A stretch of DNA of 64,000 nt from Patescibacteria group bacterium (GTDB lineage: Bacteria > Patescibacteriota > Patescibacteriia > UBA9570). The translations under genes and the position numbers were made by a program. Shown here piece by piece: positions 58,602-64,000 of the stretch (positions are counted from its first letter, which is position 1; each line of letters begins with the position of its first letter). The stretch lies in contig JBAYIY010000003.1 of the NCBI GenBank assembly GCA_041665365.1, forward strand, positions 68,260-132,259. Reading direction: 5' to 3'. The notes under the pieces are model-generated. The model had not been told where the DNA came from, did not search any database, and worked only from the letters and a program-made list of their open reading frames with translations.

Positions 58602-59371
58602 ATAGGTTTAACAATAATAATGGCTTTTTGACCAGTGGGAACATTGCCATCATTCCAATCGTGAATGGCATCATAAAACTTATCATAGTCATAGGTATAG
58701 TCGGCACCCTTTCTGGTACCGGGGTCATTGGTAATAACATAATCAGGTGTGTAACCTTTAATTACTAACATGTGGTAAAGCGGTCCGGGGGCGGTAAAAT
58801 TTGGATTACCCAATTCACGTCCGGCGGCGGGCACCAGTACTGGGTAACCTTGGCTGATAGCTTGTTTAATATCATCCCACGTAAAATCATAGATCACCTC
58901 ACTTGTCAGATCATCATAAATGTAATTTAACACTTCAGAAGTTTGGGCAGCAGTCAGACTGGGGCCATAACCAAAATCCGTTTCTTCAGTATCGATAATA
59001 TCCAAGATGGCTTGTTCGGCATCGTTTTTATCTACAATACCTCGATTCTCTAAAAACCTAGCCGCCATTAACATAGACGCTTCTTCACAGGCTTCTTCAT
59101 GAGTGGCATCCCAGTTCGTGGATGGTGCTTGAGATGTAAAAGGGATCGATAAATTAAATTCATCGGGTGGTGTGATTGGAACAACCGGTTGTTCCGGTAG
59201 AGACGTTGCATGCAACGTCTCTACCGGAACCGGAATTTCTTCACGGGTTACCGCCACCGGCACAACCGGTTTTGGTATTAACCAATCTTTAATGGTGACG
59301 CGTTTCAGCCATACCACCATACCAAGACTAGCTAGTAATAAAACAATAATAATGATTATAATCTTTTTCAT
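58598..59371 (-). CDS. Membrane-anchored C39-like peptidase-domain protein
   Basis: An N-terminal anchor is followed by a Pro-rich linker, then the domain IPFTSQAPSTNWDATHEEACEEASMLMAARFL (Q...NW...CE.AS pattern of Peptidase_C39_2). The start overlaps murJ. Confidence 0.5.
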   Translation of the reverse strand: MKKIIIIIIVLLLASLGMVVWLKRVTIKDWLIPKPVVPVAVTREEIPVPVETLHATSLPEQPVVPITPPDEFNLSIPFTSQAPSTNWDATHEEACEEASMLMAARFLENRGIVDKNDAEQAILDIIDTEETDFGYGPSLTAAQTSEVLNYIYDDLTSEVIYDFTWDDIKQAISQGYPVLVPAAGRELGNPNFTAPGPLYHMLVIKGYTPDYVITNDPGTRKGADYTYDYDKFYDAIHDWNDGNVPTGQKAIIIVKPI

Positions 59372-60864
59372 GATGATTTTCTTAAATGAACTTGTTTTAA
59401 AATGATTGATAATTCTTGGTTTTTTAATAAATACATAACAATATTATATGTGATGATGCCAGTTCCGGCCATACCAATCAGTAGGGGTAATTCATGAATT
59501 ACCCCTACTGATTTAATTGCCCCTACCAAAATTGCCATTACCAAACAGCCGACCACATTTTGGGCACCATTTTTTATAATACTATAATCAATGATGTGGG
59601 GTAATTTCCAGACGAATAAAATATCTATGATTAATGTCATAATCACAAAACCCACCGCTAAACCTGTCACACCCCAGAAACTAGTTGCCACGACACATCC
59701 GATCACATTTACGACAGCACCGATAATTGTAATAACGGCGGGAGTTTTGGTATCGTGCTTAGCGTAAAAGGCGCGCGCTAAAATATGTTGGAGACTTTCT
59801 AAGGGGATTAGTAAAGAAAAAACGATTAAAGTGATCGCGGTTGTCTGAATCGCGGCGGCATCAAAGGCGCCGCCACCAAGAAAAACTGTAATGAGTGGTT
59901 GGCTAACAAACATCATACCCACCATCGCTGGTAACGTGAGAAAAAAAATCATGCGTAATGCTTTACGTGTGTTATTCATTAATTCTGACGAGTCACTAGC
60001 CAGTACAGGAAAAATAACTGTGGCCAAAGCAATGCCTATAAAGCTCACTGGTAAACTTTGAAAATTACGTGCGAAATTAAAAATCGCGACGCTGCCCGGT
60101 TGTAAAGTAGAACCAATCGCATTAAATGTCCATAAACTAGCTTGGATCGCCAGTAAACCAATGACGCGTGGACCCATTAATAACAAAGTTTGTTTAACCG
60201 CCGGATGTTTGAATGATTGTTGGATAAACTCGGGTGTATAACCGAGGCGGAGTGTAGCTACCAACCTAATAATAAGATGTAACATGGCGCCAAGCACTAC
60301 ACCAAACACCACGCCGCGAATACCAAATGGTTTGGCGAAAAATATTATCCCGATCACGATACCTAAATTATACAACATGGGTGACAGCGCGTAGGCCAAG
60401 AACCGGTGTTGGCCTTGCAGAATGGCGCCAAACAAAGTACTGATACCAAACAACAAAGGTGATAACAATAATATTCGTGTCAGTGTAGTAAGTTGAGCCA
60501 ATTCAGTTGCAGAAAAACCTGGTGCCACCAAAGGTGTGATCCAAGGCATAATCATAAAAGCCACCACATCTACCAGACATAAAGCTACAGCCACAACCGT
60601 GAGAATGGCGTTACTGGCTTGGTAAGCAGGTGCCTTACCCTGTTTTAGTAGTTGAGCAAATACAGGAATAAAGGCCGTGGTTAGAGCCGCCGCAAACAGG
60701 TTCATGATTAAATCAGGCAACAAGAAGGCGGAATTAAATAAATCCACATCGCGGCTGGCGCCAAAGGTTTGCGCCAAGAGACGATCACGCGCTAGACCTA
60801 ATATATAACTACCGGCCGAGGTACCGGCCAAAAGCATGGCATTGCGGCCGACGCTACGATTCAT
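59368..60864 (-). CDS. murJ: Lipid II flippase MurJ (MviN)
   Basis: The N-terminus SVGRNAMLLAGTSAGSYILGLARDRLLAQTFGASRDVDLFNSAF is the MurJ signature. The 498-aa product has 14 transmembrane helices. Confidence 0.85.
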   Translation of the reverse strand: MNRSVGRNAMLLAGTSAGSYILGLARDRLLAQTFGASRDVDLFNSAFLLPDLIMNLFAAALTTAFIPVFAQLLKQGKAPAYQASNAILTVVAVALCLVDVVAFMIMPWITPLVAPGFSATELAQLTTLTRILLLSPLLFGISTLFGAILQGQHRFLAYALSPMLYNLGIVIGIIFFAKPFGIRGVVFGVVLGAMLHLIIRLVATLRLGYTPEFIQQSFKHPAVKQTLLLMGPRVIGLLAIQASLWTFNAIGSTLQPGSVAIFNFARNFQSLPVSFIGIALATVIFPVLASDSSELMNNTRKALRMIFFLTLPAMVGMMFVSQPLITVFLGGGAFDAAAIQTTAITLIVFSLLIPLESLQHILARAFYAKHDTKTPAVITIIGAVVNVIGCVVATSFWGVTGLAVGFVIMTLIIDILFVWKLPHIIDYSIIKNGAQNVVGCLVMAILVGAIKSVGVIHELPLLIGMAGTGIITYNIVMYLLKNQELSIILKQVHLRKSS

Positions 60865-60909
60865 AGGGGTGATTGTATCAACCCTTGAAGTAAACGGGAA
60901 GATAGGCTA

Positions 60910-62631
60910 ATGTACACACCCATGGCTGATGTAATTATCGAACAAATTAAGCAGCGTCTTGATATAATTGAGTTGTTATCGGAGTATTTAAAATTGCAAA
61001 AAGCCGGCAGTAATTGGCGCGCCATTTGCCCCTTTCATCATGAAAACAGTCCCTCTTTCATGGTGAGTAGTGAGAAACAAATTTGGCACTGTTTTGGTTG
61101 TGCTAAGGGCGGCGATATTTTTACTTTTATTCAAGAGATAGAGGGGATAGATTTTGTTGAGGCTCTGAAATTATTAGCCGATAAAGCCCATGTCACATTG
61201 CCGCAGTATAATCCCACACAACAGGATCATAAACAAAAATTATTGCACATTATTAGTCTGGCGCAACAATTTTATAGTTCAGCTCTGCAAGAATCCAAAG
61301 AAGGTGAGATTGCCCGACAATATATTAAGCAACGTGGCTTGTCAGCTGACAGTGTGGCAGCGTTTGGTTTAGGCTATAGTTATTTAGAGTGGGGGAGGCT
61401 ACACGATTTTTTAAAACAACAGGGTATCAGTGAGGCCGATCAAACCGCCGCCGGCTTGTTAATAAACGGGCACGATCGGTTTCGTGGACGCTTGATGATT
61501 CCATTACATGATGGGCACGGTACCGTAGTTGGTTTTACGGCGCGAACATTACAGGCGGATGAAACTGGTGGTAAATATATCAACTCACCGCAGTCGGACA
61601 TTTATGATAAATCAAATGTCGTGTTCGGGTTGTTCCGAGCGAAGACTGCTATAAAAAAATTACACGCCACTTTAGTGGTTGAGGGCAATCTGGATGTGAT
61701 CACGGCGCAACAGCATGGTTTTACCAATACTGTGGCCACTTCCGGCACGGCTTTTACCGAGCAACAAATTCTGCAACTCAAACGGTATTCACCTAATTTG
61801 TTGTTAGCCTTTGATTTAGATTTAGCCGGGCAAGCTGCCGCTGAACGGGGGATTGATTTAGCCATGCGCCATGGTATGAACATTAAAATTGTGCGCTGGC
61901 CAGAACAATATAAAGATCCCGATGATTGTATTCGTGCTAATGCCAGTTTATTTAAAAAGGCTATTCATGATGCCATTGGATTGGTTGATTATTGGTTTAT
62001 CCATGCCGGTAGTGATTTGCAATTAACCCGGGTTGAACATAAAAAAGTGTTAGTGCAACGGCTCTTACCTAAATTGGCTAAACTAACCGACCCGGTTGAA
62101 CAAGCACATTACCTACAACAACTGGCTGATGTCGTACATGTGGATGTTAGGATCTTACAAGAGAAGATCGCTAAGGGTATGAAGTCGAACGGTAATGTGG
62201 TACGTGTGACACAAACTAATCAGCCCAAAACAAAACCAGTCCTCGATCGCTCGACCCGTTTAGCTGAGTATGTCTTTGGAATTACCTTATTGCTACCGGA
62301 GCAGTTTGGTTATGTGCGCGATTATCTTGATCCTGAGTTTGTAACCGATCCAGCCTTGCATGACCTTTACATAAGAATGCTAGATCAGTATAATAAGTCG
62401 GGTCAGTTTGAGTGTCCGGCTGATACAGATTGGCTGAATCGGCTGCGTTTACAGGTAAATGTTGAACCAACAGCAGACGCTCTAATTCAAGGAATTCGAG
62501 AATTGCATAAGCGTTACATTCAACAACGCTTGCGTGATATTGAAATCGAGTTAAAAGACACCACCACAGGGGACGCATTATTAGAAGAGGCTAATTTACT
62601 TACACAACAATTGACCGAACTATCCCGTTAA
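60910..62631 (+). CDS. dnaG: DNA primase
   Basis: The CHC2 zinc finger reads [41 protein letters not shown] domain ([14 protein letters not shown]) is present. It shows the dnaG-rpoD synteny. Confidence 0.9.
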   Translation: MYTPMADVIIEQIKQRLDIIELLSEYLKLQKAGSNWRAICPFHHENSPSFMVSSEKQIWHCFGCAKGGDIFTFIQEIEGIDFVEALKLLADKAHVTLPQYNPTQQDHKQKLLHIISLAQQFYSSALQESKEGEIARQYIKQRGLSADSVAAFGLGYSYLEWGRLHDFLKQQGISEADQTAAGLLINGHDRFRGRLMIPLHDGHGTVVGFTARTLQADETGGKYINSPQSDIYDKSNVVFGLFRAKTAIKKLHATLVVEGNLDVITAQQHGFTNTVATSGTAFTEQQILQLKRYSPNLLLAFDLDLAGQAAAERGIDLAMRHGMNIKIVRWPEQYKDPDDCIRANASLFKKAIHDAIGLVDYWFIHAGSDLQLTRVEHKKVLVQRLLPKLAKLTDPVEQAHYLQQLADVVHVDVRILQEKIAKGMKSNGNVVRVTQTNQPKTKPVLDRSTRLAEYVFGITLLLPEQFGYVRDYLDPEFVTDPALHDLYIRMLDQYNKSGQFECPADTDWLNRLRLQVNVEPTADALIQGIRELHKRYIQQRLRDIEIELKDTTTGDALLEEANLLTQQLTELSR

Positions 62632-62636
62632 TATCT

Positions 62637-63875
62637 ATGCCCAAACGATCGGCCAAACCAGTCAAGTCAAAACCAGCGGCCAAACCAAAAACCAAACCGA
62701 AACCTCGGTTGGTTAAGAAAGTAGCCCGTAAAATAAAAAAACCCACTGCTCCTCGTACGGCAGCCGTTATTTTAGCTGAGGCGGTACCGTTTCCGATTGA
62801 AGGCGCTGAGCTGTTATTAAAAAAAGGGCGCACCCGAAACTTTCTCACCGAGACAGAAATTTTATATACCTTCAACAATTTAGAAGATTACGTATCAGAC
62901 TTTGAACAGTGGTTGGGACAATTAGAAAAATCTAGTATTCAATTAATTGAAACCGACGGTAATGTGCTTGGATTAGATGCGAAGAAAGTTGGCCTGGTTG
63001 ATGCTAATCGTGAAAAAGCCGGTAAAGCGGCGATGGATTTATCCGACATTTCTGGCGATTCTATTCAGATGTATCTGCGAGAAATTGGTAAAGTGCCGTT
63101 GTTATCAACTGAAGAAGAAATTCGTCTGGCAAAATTAAAAGAAGCGGGCGATCTTGAGGCCAAACGAAAATTATTAGAAGCCAACTTACGGTTAGTGGTG
63201 AGTATTGCGAAAAAATTTACCGGGCGATCATTATCATTGTTAGATTTAATTCAAGAAGGTAACATCGGTTTACATCGGGCCGTTGAGAAATTTGATTATC
63301 GCAAAGGTTATAAATTTTCCACCTACGCCACCTGGTGGATTCGCCAGGCCATTACGCGGAGCCTGGCCGATCAATCACGCACTATTCGTATCCCTGTGCA
63401 CATGGTGGAGACAATCAATAAATTCCAACAGATTGAACGCGGTCTCATCCAGATTTTAGGGCGCGAACCATTGCCGGAAGAAATTGCTGCCGAAATGGGT
63501 GAGGTAATTGAGAAGGTTCATACGATTATTAAGATTTCTCAAGAAACCGTCTCGTTAGAAACTTCCGTCGGCGATGATGAATCCGAAGATTCTACGTTAG
63601 GTGATTTTATTGAGGATCAAAAAACCATGTCGCCCGATCGCTCCGCCTCGTTGCAGTTATTAAAAGACCACGTCTATGACATCATTAAAGATTTACCACC
63701 GCGCGAACAAAAGATATTAGAGATGCGTTTTGGTTTAGTGGATGGTGTGTCACACACTTTAGAAGAAGTCGGCCAAGAATTTGGTGTCACCCGCGAACGG
63801 ATTCGGCAAATTGAAGCCAAAGCCCTCGACAAGATTCAGCAGCACGTGGGTATGCGTAAATTAAGAGATTATTAA
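62637..63875 (+). CDS. rpoD: RNA polymerase primary sigma factor (sigma-70)
   Basis: Region 2 reads [57 protein letters not shown]. Region 4 reads [23 protein letters not shown]. Confidence 0.9.
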   Translation: MPKRSAKPVKSKPAAKPKTKPKPRLVKKVARKIKKPTAPRTAAVILAEAVPFPIEGAELLLKKGRTRNFLTETEILYTFNNLEDYVSDFEQWLGQLEKSSIQLIETDGNVLGLDAKKVGLVDANREKAGKAAMDLSDISGDSIQMYLREIGKVPLLSTEEEIRLAKLKEAGDLEAKRKLLEANLRLVVSIAKKFTGRSLSLLDLIQEGNIGLHRAVEKFDYRKGYKFSTYATWWIRQAITRSLADQSRTIRIPVHMVETINKFQQIERGLIQILGREPLPEEIAAEMGEVIEKVHTIIKISQETVSLETSVGDDESEDSTLGDFIEDQKTMSPDRSASLQLLKDHVYDIIKDLPPREQKILEMRFGLVDGVSHTLEEVGQEFGVTRERIRQIEAKALDKIQQHVGMRKLRDY

Positions 63876-63886
63876 GACCTCTCCCC

Positions 63887-64000
63887 ATGCCACGTAATGT
63901 TTATGCCATTAGTGGGTTAGCCTTTCCGCCGGAAGCTAGTGCGTATGGTTTAGCGCGGTATAGTCGATCCGCTAAGCCGGCTAAAGAAACATTTACGGCC
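63887..64000 (+). CDS. 5' end of an unidentified gene, truncated by the window edge
   Basis: The ATG at 63887 opens a frame (MPRNVYAISGLAFPPEASAYGLARYSRSAKP...) that runs to the end of the window. No family was recognised. Confidence 0.25.
   Translation, partial: MPRNVYAISGLAFPPEASAYGLARYSRSAKPAKETFTA

Overview
This is an AT-rich bacterial window (roughly 35% GC by eye) that uses the standard genetic code; TGA is used as a stop. Gene content and style resemble a small-genome Patescibacteria/CPR-like organism: tight operons, overlapping starts and two giant surface proteins. The lineage is an inference, not something I can measure.

Four regions stand out:
- **1–26.4 kb: glycan-biosynthesis locus.** It holds two GT2 and three GT4 glycosyltransferases, three large polytopic membrane proteins, a Wzx-like flippase, methyltransferases and Gmd. 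It also holds a sialic-acid-like (nonulosonic acid) cassette: NeuB-family synthase, KdsC-like phosphatase, SDR, aldehyde dehydrogenase, NeuA-family CMP-transferase, a fused transketolase and a putative transferase. A 744-aa secreted fibre-like repeat protein follows.
- **26.4–35.3 kb: core housekeeping.** rpsF-ssb-rpsR, efp, pyk, ppsA, a patatin-like lipase and engB.
- **35.3–55.7 kb: cell-surface locus, the most interesting part.** It contains:
  - a ~2,760-aa secreted giant protein with internal ~1.0 kb duplications (~1.7 kb apart);
  - two paralogous membrane-anchored proteins with clear cohesin-like domains;
  - a secreted protein with a canonical C-terminal dockerin;
  - a 354-aa secreted protein that shares a ~165-aa C-terminal domain with the giant protein;
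  - a 1,922-aa parallel-beta-helix giant protein with several predicted transmembrane segments.
- **Downstream accessory stretch.** A tRNA-Ser(GGA) flanked by a 29-bp tandem repeat, an Xis-HTH/GHKL-ATPase plus DUF4325 pair, and a strikingly GC-rich (~60–65%) MopE-like lipoprotein gene that looks horizontally acquired.

The window ends with murJ, dnaG and rpoD. All annotations come from reading the translated ORFs for family motifs; no database search was possible.
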